DNA of 64,000 nucleotides from Thermodesulfobacteriota bacterium. Lineage in GTDB: Bacteria > Desulfobacterota > Desulfobacteria > Desulfobacterales > JAUWMJ01. The notes below the pieces were generated by a model that ran no database searches, had not been told where the DNA came from, and saw only the letters and a program-made list of their open reading frames with translations. Location of the stretch: NCBI GenBank assembly GCA_034189135.1, contig JAXHVO010000026.1, positions 64,900-128,899 of the forward strand, read 5' to 3'. Below, in pieces: positions 46,408-57,201 of the stretch. The translations under genes were made by a program, and so were the position numbers. The first letter of the stretch is position 1; the number at the start of each line of letters is the position of its first letter.

Positions 46408-47604
46408 ATGTTAAAAGAGTTAAAAGCCAATGCGAAATCCCTGATCATACCGCTAAGCCTTTGTGGCCTAGCTCTATTTTTATCCGGTGGTGTATCGGCA
46501 GAAGATGGGGTCACGCAAAGCAGCATTACTATCGGCCAGTCTTGCGCACTTAAAGGACCGGCACAGGCACTCGGGCAAGGTATGAGAGACGGCGCGCTGG
46601 CTTATTTTAGACATATTAATGCCGAAGGAGGCATTAAAGGAAAAAAAATAAAGCTGATTACCTTAAATGACGGATATGAGCCCACAGCCTGTGTTGCAAA
46701 TACCAGGCAACTTTTGGAAAAAGACAAGGTTTTTTTATTGTTTGGCTATGTCGGTACTCCTGCTTCAAAAGCTGTATTCGACCATATTAAAAAATCAAAG
46801 GTTCCGTATTTTGCCCCACTCTCAGGAGCAGAATTTCTAAGAAATCCTTTGACACCCGGGATATTCAATATCCGTGCTTCCTTTTATCAGGAAACCGAAG
46901 CCATGATAAAGATTCTTTTGATGAACAACTTAACACGTATAGCTGTTTTTTATCAGAACGATTCATACGGTAAGGCTGGACTTAAAGGGGTGCAAATCGC
47001 CCTTAAAGAAAGAGGCAGGCAGATTACAAGCAAGGCTTCATATGAAAGGAACACACTTGACGTGGAAAATGCAGTCAGTGAAATTGCGATCAGCAATCCT
47101 GATGCAGTGATTATGATCGGTGCGTATAAGGCCTGTGCCATGTTTGTCCGGCTGACGAGAGATGGTACCAGGAGCAGACCGGTATTCCTCAACGTGTCCT
47201 TGGTGGGTTCAGAGCCACTTGCAACCACGCTGTCAAATAAGGGTCTTGGAGTGGTTATTACACAGGTTGTGCCGTTTCCTTTTGACAAAAGGAAACCTGT
47301 GGTTGATCAATATCATCAGATGACGCGAGAATATATGAAGGGGGCAACCATCAGTTTTACGGGTATGGAGGGCTTTATTGCAGCAAAGACCCTTTGCAGC
47401 ATTCTGGAAAAAATGAGTCATTTTACCCACGCCGAGTTTGTTCGCACTGCAGAATCGATTTCCGAGTCTCTGGGGGGCTTTAACGTTCAGTTTAGTCCTA
47501 AAAGCCGTCAAGGGTCTGAACTGGTTCATTTTACCCAGATCGGACCGGGGGGGTCTATATCTAATATAGACAATCTCAGTCAGCTTTATAAATACTGGGA
47601 TTAG
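46408..47604 (+). CDS. ABC-type substrate-binding protein, LivK/branched-chain-amino-acid-binding family
   Basis: Signal peptide, then ITIGQSCALKGPAQALGQGMRDGALAYF...NDGYEP...FGYVGTP...YQNDSYGKAG. Confidence 0.75.
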   Translation: MLKELKANAKSLIIPLSLCGLALFLSGGVSAEDGVTQSSITIGQSCALKGPAQALGQGMRDGALAYFRHINAEGGIKGKKIKLITLNDGYEPTACVANTRQLLEKDKVFLLFGYVGTPASKAVFDHIKKSKVPYFAPLSGAEFLRNPLTPGIFNIRASFYQETEAMIKILLMNNLTRIAVFYQNDSYGKAGLKGVQIALKERGRQITSKASYERNTLDVENAVSEIAISNPDAVIMIGAYKACAMFVRLTRDGTRSRPVFLNVSLVGSEPLATTLSNKGLGVVITQVVPFPFDKRKPVVDQYHQMTREYMKGATISFTGMEGFIAAKTLCSILEKMSHFTHAEFVRTAESISESLGGFNVQFSPKSRQGSELVHFTQIGPGGSISNIDNLSQLYKYWD

Positions 47605-47678
47605 CCTTTAACCCCATAACGCAACTTACCAGCTTTGTTTAGCAACAGCTTCTTTTTGTGTCATGCGATATTGTTGCA

Positions 47679-47754
47679 GGTTACGGGTTGCGGGATACGG
47701 GTTATAAAAAAGGATTATTTCCTATTAATAACTCGTAACACGCAACTCGTAACC
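47679..47754 (+). repeat. Long imperfect hairpin (27-nt arms)
   Basis: GGTTACGGGTTGCGGGATACGGGTTAT / ATAACTCGTAACACGCAACTCGTAACC give 23 Watson-Crick pairs, 2 G-T pairs (G-U only on the plus strand) and 2 mismatches. No T-run follows. Confidence 0.7.
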
Positions 47755-47828
47755 CGGAATACTTACGTGATAGGCAAAAAAAAGCAAGTTAATTAGTATT
47801 ATGGATATCGACAAATGTCGTTGTGGGG

Positions 47829-49172
47829 TTAAACAACAAGAATAATTCGCAGATCCATCACGTTGGTGTTGGTAGGCCCGGTAATCAGCAGGTCGTTCAA
47901 CTTGTTAAAGAATGGATAGGAGTCATTATTTAAAAGATAGTGATAAGGGTTTAGGCCCATATTTTCTGCCCGTTTAAAGGTGTGGTTATCCGCTATTGCA
48001 CCGGCGGCATCAGTGGGGCCGTCGCCACCATCTGTTCCGCCGCTGAGTACAACAATATCATTTTTTTCTGCAATATCTATTGCTGCTGCCAGAACAAACT
48101 CCTGATTTCGCCCCCCAAGCCCGCTGCCGGTTATATTTACAGTGGTTTCCCCTCCTGAGAGGATACAGGCAGGCGGCGGTATGGGGTTGCCGGTTTTCAG
48201 TATCTCTTTTGCTATTGCGGTGTGAACCTTAGCCGCGTGCCTTGTCTCGCCTTCTACCATGGAAGAAAGCACCAGAGTTTTATAACCCATTGTTTTCGCT
48301 TCCCGTCTGGCAGCGTTTATTGCGTCCATATTGCTTGCAACAATCAGATTGTATGTATCTTTAAAAATTCGATTACCTGCTTTGGGGGTTTCAGGCACTT
48401 TCCCCGAGGCCCCTTGCCGGATGTATGATACAACCGCTTTTGGCAACCTCTTGGTTAGTTTGTATTTTTTAAAAATTTGAATGCATTCTTCAAAGGTACT
48501 TGGGTCAGGGACACCCGGACCTGATGCAATAACGTCCAGATCATCTCCGACCACATCTGAAAGTATCAAAGAAATCATACCGGCAGGATAAGCCGCTCTG
48601 GCGAGTCTTCCTCCTTTTATTTTTGACATATGCTTTCTGATTGTATTTATTTCGTGAATGGTGGCCCCGCATGAAAGAAGAATCTTGATGGTATCCTGTT
48701 TGTCTTTTAAGGAGATTCCTGCTGCAGGCAGCGCCAGGAGGGCGGACCCGCCTCCTGAAAGAAGGCAAAGCACCAGATCGTCTTTTTTTGCCTCCTCAGC
48801 AAGCCCTAAAATTTCGTCAGCGCCCTGCATTCCATTGTGATCGGGCACCGGATGACCGGCCTCTATGAGTCGGATACGATCAAGCTTGGCAGTATGGTCA
48901 TATTTTACATTGATAATGCCACGGGTAATATTTTCACCGAGAATATCTTCTATTGCCGCTGCCATGGGTGCTGTCGCCTTTCCTGCCCCAATGACAAAGA
49001 TGTTGTTAATGTGGGAAAGGTTATAGTTTCTGTTTCCGATAAAAAGATGATCACCGTCGCGTTTGCAGGATCTCTTTATTGCAGAGCCGGGCTCCACAGC
49101 CTGTACACCTTGGTGAAAAATTTTAATCGCATTGCTGCGCATTTTTTCAATACTATTCGACTTGGTGTTCAT
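47829..49172 (-). CDS. Glycerate 2-kinase / hydroxypyruvate reductase family (DUF4147 + MOFRL)
   Basis: VIGAGKATAPMA...LLSGGGSALL...ILSGGETTV...GLGGRNQEF...LSGGTDGGDGPTDAAGA. Confidence 0.85.
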   Translation of the reverse strand: MNTKSNSIEKMRSNAIKIFHQGVQAVEPGSAIKRSCKRDGDHLFIGNRNYNLSHINNIFVIGAGKATAPMAAAIEDILGENITRGIINVKYDHTAKLDRIRLIEAGHPVPDHNGMQGADEILGLAEEAKKDDLVLCLLSGGGSALLALPAAGISLKDKQDTIKILLSCGATIHEINTIRKHMSKIKGGRLARAAYPAGMISLILSDVVGDDLDVIASGPGVPDPSTFEECIQIFKKYKLTKRLPKAVVSYIRQGASGKVPETPKAGNRIFKDTYNLIVASNMDAINAARREAKTMGYKTLVLSSMVEGETRHAAKVHTAIAKEILKTGNPIPPPACILSGGETTVNITGSGLGGRNQEFVLAAAIDIAEKNDIVVLSGGTDGGDGPTDAAGAIADNHTFKRAENMGLNPYHYLLNNDSYPFFNKLNDLLITGPTNTNVMDLRIILVV

Positions 49173-49267
49173 GATTTCTAAGCACGTTTATCTTTATATA
49201 CGGTTTTTGTTCGTTTAAACGGAATATATTTATTAAAAACAAACATACGTTTTTCCATTTTAGCTCG

Positions 49268-49506
49268 GTTCGATCGGGGCATCACCTATGGGCCTGTTCC
49301 CATACTTAACAAATAATATCAGTATCTTACACGCCCCCTATCTTCTCAGTTAAACCCATACAGGCAGAGACGATCAACGCCACCGTGGGATTCTGTCCCC
49401 TGGGGCTGGCTCAAAATTAATTGAAGCGAGATAGCTGCCGTATGTTCATTTCCAGATAGGATTGTTAAGTATGGGAACAGGCCCATAGGCGATGCCCCGG
49501 TCGAAC
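49268..49506. ncRNA. Unclassified hairpin-closed conserved element, copy B
   Basis: 49268-49310 pairs with 49464-49506 at 41 of 43 positions. The 153-nt core contains the same ACACGCCCCCTATCTT ... GTTAAACC ... ATACAGGCAG ... TGGGGCTGG ... AGCGAGATAGCTGCCGTA blocks as copy A. Confidence 0.55.
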
Positions 49507-49560
49507 TGAAAAGAGATTGAACCCCCCCCGACCCTTTAGATAATTATTCACAGTATAAGG

Positions 49561-50985
49561 TCAATCCTCCTTACCGATTGTATGAATCTTGATCAGGTTT
49601 GTGGAACCGGTTTTTAGTGCCAGACCGGTGACAATGATCATCAGATCATTTTTTTTTGCAAATTTATGACTGAGTAAAATTTTTTCGCCCGCCTCTATGA
49701 TGCGTTTGGTGTCATTAATAGGGGGGACCAGCAACGGAGTAACTCCCCAGACCAAAGATAATCTGTTATAAATTTTTTTTAAAGGTGAAAAAGCGTAAAC
49801 CGGGCTGGAGGGACGTTGTTTTGAGATCAGCTTTGAAGTTTTTCCGCTTATGGAAAAGGTCACAATTGCCCTGGCATTTACCTCGTGAAGAATGTTCACA
49901 CAGGCTTGTGCCACGGCATGGGTGACCGGTTTATGTCGGTCTTTTTTATACTGGATATTATATTTCATAAAAGGTGAGCGCTCTGTTTCAGAGGCAATTC
50001 GGCTCATCATTTTGACAGCCTGCACAGGATATCTTCCTGTTGCAGTTTCAGCGGAAAGCATGATCGCATCCGTGCCATCATAAATGGCATTGGCCACGTC
50101 GGAGGCTTCCGCTCTGGTCGGGATCGGGTGGTCAGTCATTGTTTCAAGCATCTGGGTGGCTGTGATTACAGGCTTATTTGCCATGATTGATTTAGCTATG
50201 ATTTCCTTTTGAGTCTGAGGCACCATTTCCGGTTTCATTTCCACGCCTAAATCTCCACGCGCAACCATCACAGCGTCTGCGATCTCTAATATTTCATCCA
50301 ACTTGCCGATTGCCTCCGGCTTTTCAATTTTTGCAACGACCGGGATATCGGATTTATGTTTTTTTAATATGGATTTGATACGCTTCAGATCCTTTGCATG
50401 CCTCACAAAAGAAAGTGCAAAAAAATCCACGCCTGTTTTAATGCCAAACAAAAGATCTTTTTTATCCTTTTCGGTCAGGGAAGGGGCAGAGATTTTAACG
50501 CCCGGTAAATTTATCCCCTTGTGTTCGTTTAATTTTCCCCCGCTAATAATTTTACAGGTAACCGTCCCTTTGGCTTTGGATACTACTTTCAGTTCAATGA
50601 GTCCGTCGTCAATTAGGATTTTGTCTCCTTTTTTTACGTCTTTTGCTAAGTGTTTATAAGTGGTGGACACAATATCTGCATCTCCGGGCACATATTTTGA
50701 GGTGATTTGAATGGTTTTATTTTTTTTCAGTAAAGCAGGCATGCCTTTTTTTAACGTGTTTGTTCTTATTTTGGGGCCCTGAAGGTCAATGAGTATTCCC
50801 ACCGGTCTGTTCATCTCTTTAGAAAGGCTGCGTATGTCACTGATCGCTTTTTGGTGATCTTGGTAATTGCCGTGTGAAAAATTGAGCCTTGCCACATTCA
50901 TACCGGCTGAGATTAATTTTTTTAATATCGGCCTGCTGGTTGATGACGGACCGATTGTTGCCACAATTTTTGTTTTGTTGGCCAT
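49561..50985 (-). CDS. pyk: Pyruvate kinase
   Basis: KTKIVATIGPSS...MNVARLNFSHG...VMVARGDLGVE...TQMLETM. Confidence 0.95.
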   Translation of the reverse strand: MANKTKIVATIGPSSTSRPILKKLISAGMNVARLNFSHGNYQDHQKAISDIRSLSKEMNRPVGILIDLQGPKIRTNTLKKGMPALLKKNKTIQITSKYVPGDADIVSTTYKHLAKDVKKGDKILIDDGLIELKVVSKAKGTVTCKIISGGKLNEHKGINLPGVKISAPSLTEKDKKDLLFGIKTGVDFFALSFVRHAKDLKRIKSILKKHKSDIPVVAKIEKPEAIGKLDEILEIADAVMVARGDLGVEMKPEMVPQTQKEIIAKSIMANKPVITATQMLETMTDHPIPTRAEASDVANAIYDGTDAIMLSAETATGRYPVQAVKMMSRIASETERSPFMKYNIQYKKDRHKPVTHAVAQACVNILHEVNARAIVTFSISGKTSKLISKQRPSSPVYAFSPLKKIYNRLSLVWGVTPLLVPPINDTKRIIEAGEKILLSHKFAKKNDLMIIVTGLALKTGSTNLIKIHTIGKED

Positions 50986-51249
50986 AATGACACCTTCTTA
51001 TAAGCCGATCCTTGGGAGTTTCTATTAAATATTGTAAAAAAGCTGTAATTGCAAACCTTTATTTCAAGAGTATCTTTGAGATTGTATCGAATTTTAAACC
51101 GCAACCTTATTTGAGCCCTTCTGCTGCTGTGATGAATTTCACACATTTCCTGTGATTTATATCATTGTGGCTTAAGCCTTTCAGTTATAAGCTGAATTTT
51201 ACACGAGGTGGAGGATTTCCAAAGAATGGTAAAAAAGATAGGGGATATA

Positions 51250-51651
51250 ATGGAAATTGACCGAAAAACAGCGAGCACTGTGCTGATAGTTGATGAATAT
51301 CCGCTGTTTCGCAAGTCTTTGAAATCCCTTTTAGAAAAGGTGTCCTGTTATGAAGTCATTGATGAAGCGGAATCTGGATTGGAAGGGTTTAAAAAAGCGA
51401 TGAAACACAAACCCGATCTGATCATTATGGATATTTCTCTCCCGGATATGAGCGGTATTCGTTTTATTAACAGTCTGAAAGATTCAAAAATAAATTCTCG
51501 GATCATCATCGTCAGTCTTCACTCAAATGCGGTATATGTCTCTGAAGCGTTCAAATACGGGGTGAGTGGATATTTTTCAAAACTTTCCGATCTCGAGTTG
51601 CTGGTTAATGATTTAAAGGCATCCCAAAAAAGCCGCATGTCAATAGGATAA
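51250..51651 (+). CDS. Stand-alone receiver-domain response regulator (NarL-type REC, no output domain)
   Basis: VLIVDEYPLFRKSL...DLIIMDISLPDMSG...IIIVSLH...GVSGYFSK. ATG 51250 chosen (AGGGGA RBS). Confidence 0.75.
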   Translation: MEIDRKTASTVLIVDEYPLFRKSLKSLLEKVSCYEVIDEAESGLEGFKKAMKHKPDLIIMDISLPDMSGIRFINSLKDSKINSRIIIVSLHSNAVYVSEAFKYGVSGYFSKLSDLELLVNDLKASQKSRMSIG

Positions 51652-51713
51652 CGCTATCGCTTATTAATAGGATATTGAATAAACCAGCCCCGGAATAAAT
51701 CAGTTTCGGAAAG

Positions 51714-54702
51714 CTAACCTTGATTCGATCTTTTCGCTTGGTCCAGAGTATTTCGAACTTTTTGGGAGAATTCGGAGATGTTGAACGGCTTTTGAATGAA
51801 TCCGTTGCATCCTTTTTTCAAAATTTCATTCGCTTGTCCGTTGATCGCATAGCCACTGGAAAGTATCACCGGTAATTGTGGTTGGATATCTTTAATACGG
51901 TCAAACACCTTTCCGCCATCCATTCCGGGCATGATGAGATCAAGAATGACAAGCTCGATTTCATCGCCTTTCAGCTGGATTGTATCTAATGCTTGCTCGC
52001 CACCATGTGCGACCAGGACACGGTAACCCAGTCTTTTCAGCATTCCCTTCCCCACATCCAGAATCATTTTTTCATCGTCGACCAGAAGAATGGTTTCCGA
52101 TCCCTTGACAATCTTTTCTTCCACAGCCGGTTCTTGATAAGCTTGCTTTTTTGTTATCGGTATATAGATGTTGAACGTTGTTCCGTGTCCCACTTCGCTA
52201 TAGACCGTAATGATGCCATCGTGATTCTTGATGATTCCATATGCCGAAGCCAGTCCCAGGCCTGTTCCACGGCTCTTTTCTTTCGTTGTAAAGAAAGGGT
52301 CAAAAATCCGCTTTCGTACGGCTTCGTCCATGCCGACCCCGGTGTCCGTGACCGAAATCTTGGCAAAGCGGCCCGGTGTTGCCTGATATGGCAGGCAGTA
52401 GTCTTCGTCCAGGCTGGTGGTTTTGGTTTCCAGATAGAGTTTGCCGCCTTCCGGCATGGCCTGCCATGAGTTGACATATAAGTTCAACAGGACTTGCTCG
52501 ATTTGATTTCGGTCTACTGCTGCCACCAATGGTGTGTTTTGCAATTTGATGTGGATTTGAATTTCTTTTTTTGTACGCCCGAACATTTTTCCGCTGTGTT
52601 TTACCAATATATTGATATCGGTGGGTTTGACCTCATACTTCCCGCCACGGGCAAATCCTAAAAGCTGTCTGGTCAGGTCCGTCGCACTTCGGATGTAGGC
52701 ATCAATGGCCTGGATATGCTCAAAATGAGAAGGGGTGGTTTCAATATCTGTCGATATGAGCGAGGCCCGGCCCTGGATGCCCATTAATAGATTATTAAAA
52801 TCATGAGCAATTCCACCTGCAAGCGTTCCGATTGCCTCGAATTTCTGGGTCTGTTGAAGCTGTTGTTCCATCTTTTTAAGATTGGTAATGTCTGTTGCTA
52901 TTTGAAGCCTGACCAAACGTCCGTCTGTCCATTCTATGGCACTCGTAGTTGATGTACCATTTCTTATTGACCGGGTTTTCACCTTGCCAGATACAAACGC
53001 CGGTGGGTTTTCCGTTTTTGTCAATGAGTTGATCATTGCTACATATCGAACAGGGTTCGGATTCTCCTCGGAAAACAGCAAAACATTTTTTGCCGGTCAT
53101 ATTCTTGCCAAAGCTTTTTATCATGTTTTTATTCATAAAGAGAATGTCGTATGTTTCCATGTCAGCCACATAAATGGTGGCGTCGATGCTGTCCAAAACA
53201 GTGAGAAATCTATTATGGGAAGCCCGCAGCGCTTCTTCCGCCTGTTTGCGGTCGGTGATGTCCCGAGCCACGGACAGGATCACTTTTTGTTCATTGAGAT
53301 CAATTATGCTTGAGCTGATTTCAACAGGGAAGCTTTTGCCCCACCTGTTAATATGTTCGGCCTCAAAAATCATAAAGCCGTTTTCCAATAGTTTTTTCCG
53401 AGCTTGGCTTCTTCCATGTTTCTGAACATCTTTTTGTACGCTAATGTCACCGGGTGTTAATTCAAGAAATTCTTCTTTACTATAACCGTAGCGCTGACAG
53501 GCGATGTCGTTAACTTCGATAATCTTTTCAAAGCCCTTATTTGCATAAAGATGCACAAAAACCGCATCATTAATCGAATTAAAAAATACTCTGAACTTTT
53601 CTTCGCTTTCCTGCAGTGCTGCGGCCATTCGGCTGCTTTCTGCCAGTTTTTCCTCCATTGCCAGGGTTTTGACTTTCACCTGCTCACGAAGGCTTCGATT
53701 CCAGGCTGAAACAACAGTAATGGCGAAAAGGGCCGAAACCGCAACTGCCGCCAGTGCGAGAAGCAAAATTTTCCACTGCCGGCTGAATCCGCTCTCCTGA
53801 AAAGAGGCTACAAGTGCCTCGTCAGCGTGCCATTTTTGCTGCCAGGCCTGCCATTCTGTTTGATCAATGAGGGAAAGTGCTTTGTCCAAGATAGCGGCCA
53901 GTTCTGGCCAGTCTTTTCGCACACCGATGCTCTCCAGAGCACTGCTCCGGTCGTAAACGGCGGCAAATTTCAAGTTTGATATTCCATATTTGGTTTTCAG
54001 GTGGCTGGCGGCCCCAAAAAATATGATGGCAGCATCGGCATTGCCGGTGGCCACGGCATTGAGGCCATCCAGCATGGTGTCGACGTAATAGGGTTTGAGT
54101 GTGGGGAAATCTTTAAAGATGTCCTGTACGTAATGATAATCGCGTACCAGAGCCACCTGTTTGCCGGCAATGTCTTCGCGTTTACCGATGGATTTATCAT
54201 CAGCCCGGGTCATGATGGCCAGGGATTTGTATATGTACGGGCGGGTGAAAGTAAACCACTCCATACGCTCAGATTTCTGAACCATGGTGGCCACCACATC
54301 CACCTCTTTTTTCTTGGCGGCTTCGAAAAGATCTTTCCACACGAAAGACGGGTGGATATCGAAACGAATGCCGATCCGATCGGCCAGGGCTCTCAGGACA
54401 TCCACGGACAATCCTTCCACATGGCCTTCATCCGTTAAATAACTGTATGGGGGAAAATAACCGTCGAAAGCTACCCGGATAGTGGGATGTGTCGACAGCC
54501 AGGTACGCTGTGCGGGAGTCAATATAAGGGCATTTTTTTCCCCATGGGCTGCGCCTGTTGTAACTGGAAAAACATTGGGCGGGTGGCTGTTGCTTCCGGT
54601 CTTGAGAGGTGTTTCAGCGGCATGAATCACTACGCTGCCAAGCACACAGATCATGACGATAAAGGATAACCCGTAACAGGAGAAACCAGCTTTTTTTTTC
54701 AT
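51714..54702 (-). pseudogene. Class 2 hybrid histidine kinase (SBP_bac_3 - TM - PAS x2 - HisKA - HATPase - REC) split by a 1-nt frameshift
   Basis: The ORFs 52876-54702 and 51714-53081 overlap in different frames. The PAS domain reads ...NKKWYINYE in one frame and continues AIEWTDGRLVRLQIATDIT in the next, around 52930-52950. Confidence 0.75.
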
Positions 54703-54834
54703 GAAGCAACTCTACTATTTGAAAGAAATTTGATTTGTTAGTCAGTCAATCATGTTTTTATACAAGAGAACATCAGGATCTTCGTGTTCAACATCCGGAT
54801 TAATAGACCTGAAGCGATTCGTTTGTACCTGAAA

Positions 54835-57201
54835 TTATTTTCTTAATTCTTCTTTTACGACAACCCCTATTTTTTCCAGAGTGTAGGGTTTTTTTATGTA
54901 TTTGCCCGCACCCAATCTTTGAGCTTCTTTAACCCGATCCGTTTCCGAATATCCGCTGGCAATGATCGCCTTTTGGTTGGGGTGAAGTTTTATAACTCTT
55001 TGATACGTTTCCAGGCCATCAATTCCCGGTTTCATGATCATGTCTAAAATCAATAGGTCCACAGAATTATTTTTCAGGTATTCAACGGCATCTTCACCGC
55101 TTGAAACCGTGGTGACAGTATAATTCAATTTAGTTAAGATATTTGCCGCAATATTCCTTTGTTGTTTAACGTCGTCAATAACCAATATTGTCTCTTTCCT
55201 GCCCATATATTCTTCAACAGGGGTAAAGTCTTTTTTCCTAATATTCTTTTTACGGGTTGCCGGAAAATATAGTGAGAATGTCGTTCCCACTCCTTCAGTA
55301 CTTTTTACGTCAATATACCCATGATGGTCATGGATTGTCCCCCAAACCACAGCCATTCCGAGTCCGGTGCCACTCTTACCCATGGCTTTTTTAGTGTAAA
55401 AAGGCTCAAATATCCTGGTTAGGTCTTCAGGCGCGATGCCCAATCCGTTGTCCTTTACCGCTAAAACAACGTAATCTCCTTCTTCCATTTCTTCATGTTT
55501 TATTATCGGTGCGTCAATATATTGGTTATATGTTGAAATGACGGTTTTTCCGCCCGCAGGTTGGGCTTCCGCAGCATTGGATACCAGATTCATTATCATT
55601 TTTATCAGCGGGGTCGAAGATCCTTCAATATTCAACAAGTTTGCATCAAGGTCGGTGTCTACAGAGACATTTGAATGATATTTTTTTAACTTTATATATT
55701 CCGGTGATTTTAAATACTCTGAGATGATATCATTTAAGTTTAAAACGTTTTTATTTTCTACCCCTCTTCTTGCAAGGGTTAAAAGATCCTGAACGATTTC
55801 AGCCGCTTTTTGACCCGAGTTTTTGATTGTCAGGATCGGTTCTCTTAAAGGGCTGTCTTTTTCAAGATCCATGAGTAATAGATCCGGATAAGAAATAATT
55901 CCGGACAAAATATTGTTAAGATCATGGGCCACTCCTCCGGCAAGCAGGCCGATGGCTTCCATTTTTTTCGATTGTTGAAGCCGGGTCTCAAGTCTCAGCT
56001 TGTCTTTTTCTTTTGTTAAAAATTCAAATTCTACCGCCACCATCCGACAGACGGTTTTAATTAAGTTCAAATCCCATTCGTCAAAATCTCTTTTTTTGCC
56101 GAACACGTTTATGGTGCCGGTCACCGCTCCCTCTCGATCGAAAATGGGTATCCCGACATAACTCTCCGCTTCTAACACTGATAAACTTTGTGCCAAGGGA
56201 AAATGTTTATACGCATCCGAGGTAATGATAATCGGCTTCTTTTCGGTGACGATCTGCAAACTGGGCAGACCGTTTATGGGATCAAAAGGATTATTATCGT
56301 TTAAGCCTATCGGTGAAAAGGCGACCTTGTGGAAACTGTTTTCCGACTGCTGGACTTTTATAATCAGCGTATGGGTGCCCAATAATTCCGATAAGGCATC
56401 GGCCACCCGATTGAAGAGGTCCTCCCCGCGATTGGTGATTGCGATGTTGTAAAAATATTCAACCCATTTGTTTCTTTCCTCAAGCGAAAGCATCATTTTG
56501 CAGATGTTATCGCTTAAAAATTCAAGTTCATAGATCCCTTTATATTGCGGTGATTGCCCCATTCGTATGGCGCTGATAATCCGGTTAAGCGGTTTTCTGA
56601 GAAAGCGATTCTGAAACAACAGGATCAATATCAGACCCAACAACAGCAGAATACCGGTAATAATATATGTCGTCTTAACCTGTGCAATAAGGGGTGTATA
56701 AGCCTGGGTATCTTTTATCAGGTCTATATCCCATTTCCAGGGTTTAAAGGTAATATGCTCAAAGTAATAGATTTTTTCCTTGAAATGAACGGTTGAAAAG
56801 GATTCTTTTGGATGATGCTTGGCAATAAATTTGATCAAATCCGTTTCGATTTGGTGCTGAAGCAATTCACCTTTATTAAACTCGAACAGTCGGCACCCGA
56901 TGTTGTTTCTTTGGGTATAATCCTCAATCGCTCCCAAAGTGACCGCCTTTTTAATGATGACCGCCTTTCGGTTGTCCATTTTTCCGGTTTGCATCAACTC
57001 GGTAAAATTTTTATCACAGATATCATATATCTCACTGGCAATATCGGCCAACCCCTCTTTTATCTGTGCGTCGGCAAATTCCGAAACAGACCGCAGGACG
57101 AAAAAATATAGTCCCATGCCTACCAGGCCAATGGTCATTACCACCGGGATGACCATCCGAATAGGCAAGCTTTTAAAAATCTGTTTGATAGATGTTGGCA
57201 T
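54835..57201 (-). CDS. Class 1 hybrid histidine kinase: TM - extracytoplasmic domain - TM - HAMP-like - GAF - HisKA - HATPase - REC
   Basis: The H-box is MEAIGLLAGGVAHDLNNILSGI. The transmitter and receiver are collinear with 4958-7252 and 10434-12857. ATG 57201 overlaps the upstream stop (TAATG). Confidence 0.85.
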   Translation of the reverse strand: MPTSIKQIFKSLPIRMVIPVVMTIGLVGMGLYFFVLRSVSEFADAQIKEGLADIASEIYDICDKNFTELMQTGKMDNRKAVIIKKAVTLGAIEDYTQRNNIGCRLFEFNKGELLQHQIETDLIKFIAKHHPKESFSTVHFKEKIYYFEHITFKPWKWDIDLIKDTQAYTPLIAQVKTTYIITGILLLLGLILILLFQNRFLRKPLNRIISAIRMGQSPQYKGIYELEFLSDNICKMMLSLEERNKWVEYFYNIAITNRGEDLFNRVADALSELLGTHTLIIKVQQSENSFHKVAFSPIGLNDNNPFDPINGLPSLQIVTEKKPIIITSDAYKHFPLAQSLSVLEAESYVGIPIFDREGAVTGTINVFGKKRDFDEWDLNLIKTVCRMVAVEFEFLTKEKDKLRLETRLQQSKKMEAIGLLAGGVAHDLNNILSGIISYPDLLLMDLEKDSPLREPILTIKNSGQKAAEIVQDLLTLARRGVENKNVLNLNDIISEYLKSPEYIKLKKYHSNVSVDTDLDANLLNIEGSSTPLIKMIMNLVSNAAEAQPAGGKTVISTYNQYIDAPIIKHEEMEEGDYVVLAVKDNGLGIAPEDLTRIFEPFYTKKAMGKSGTGLGMAVVWGTIHDHHGYIDVKSTEGVGTTFSLYFPATRKKNIRKKDFTPVEEYMGRKETILVIDDVKQQRNIAANILTKLNYTVTTVSSGEDAVEYLKNNSVDLLILDMIMKPGIDGLETYQRVIKLHPNQKAIIASGYSETDRVKEAQRLGAGKYIKKPYTLEKIGVVVKEELRK

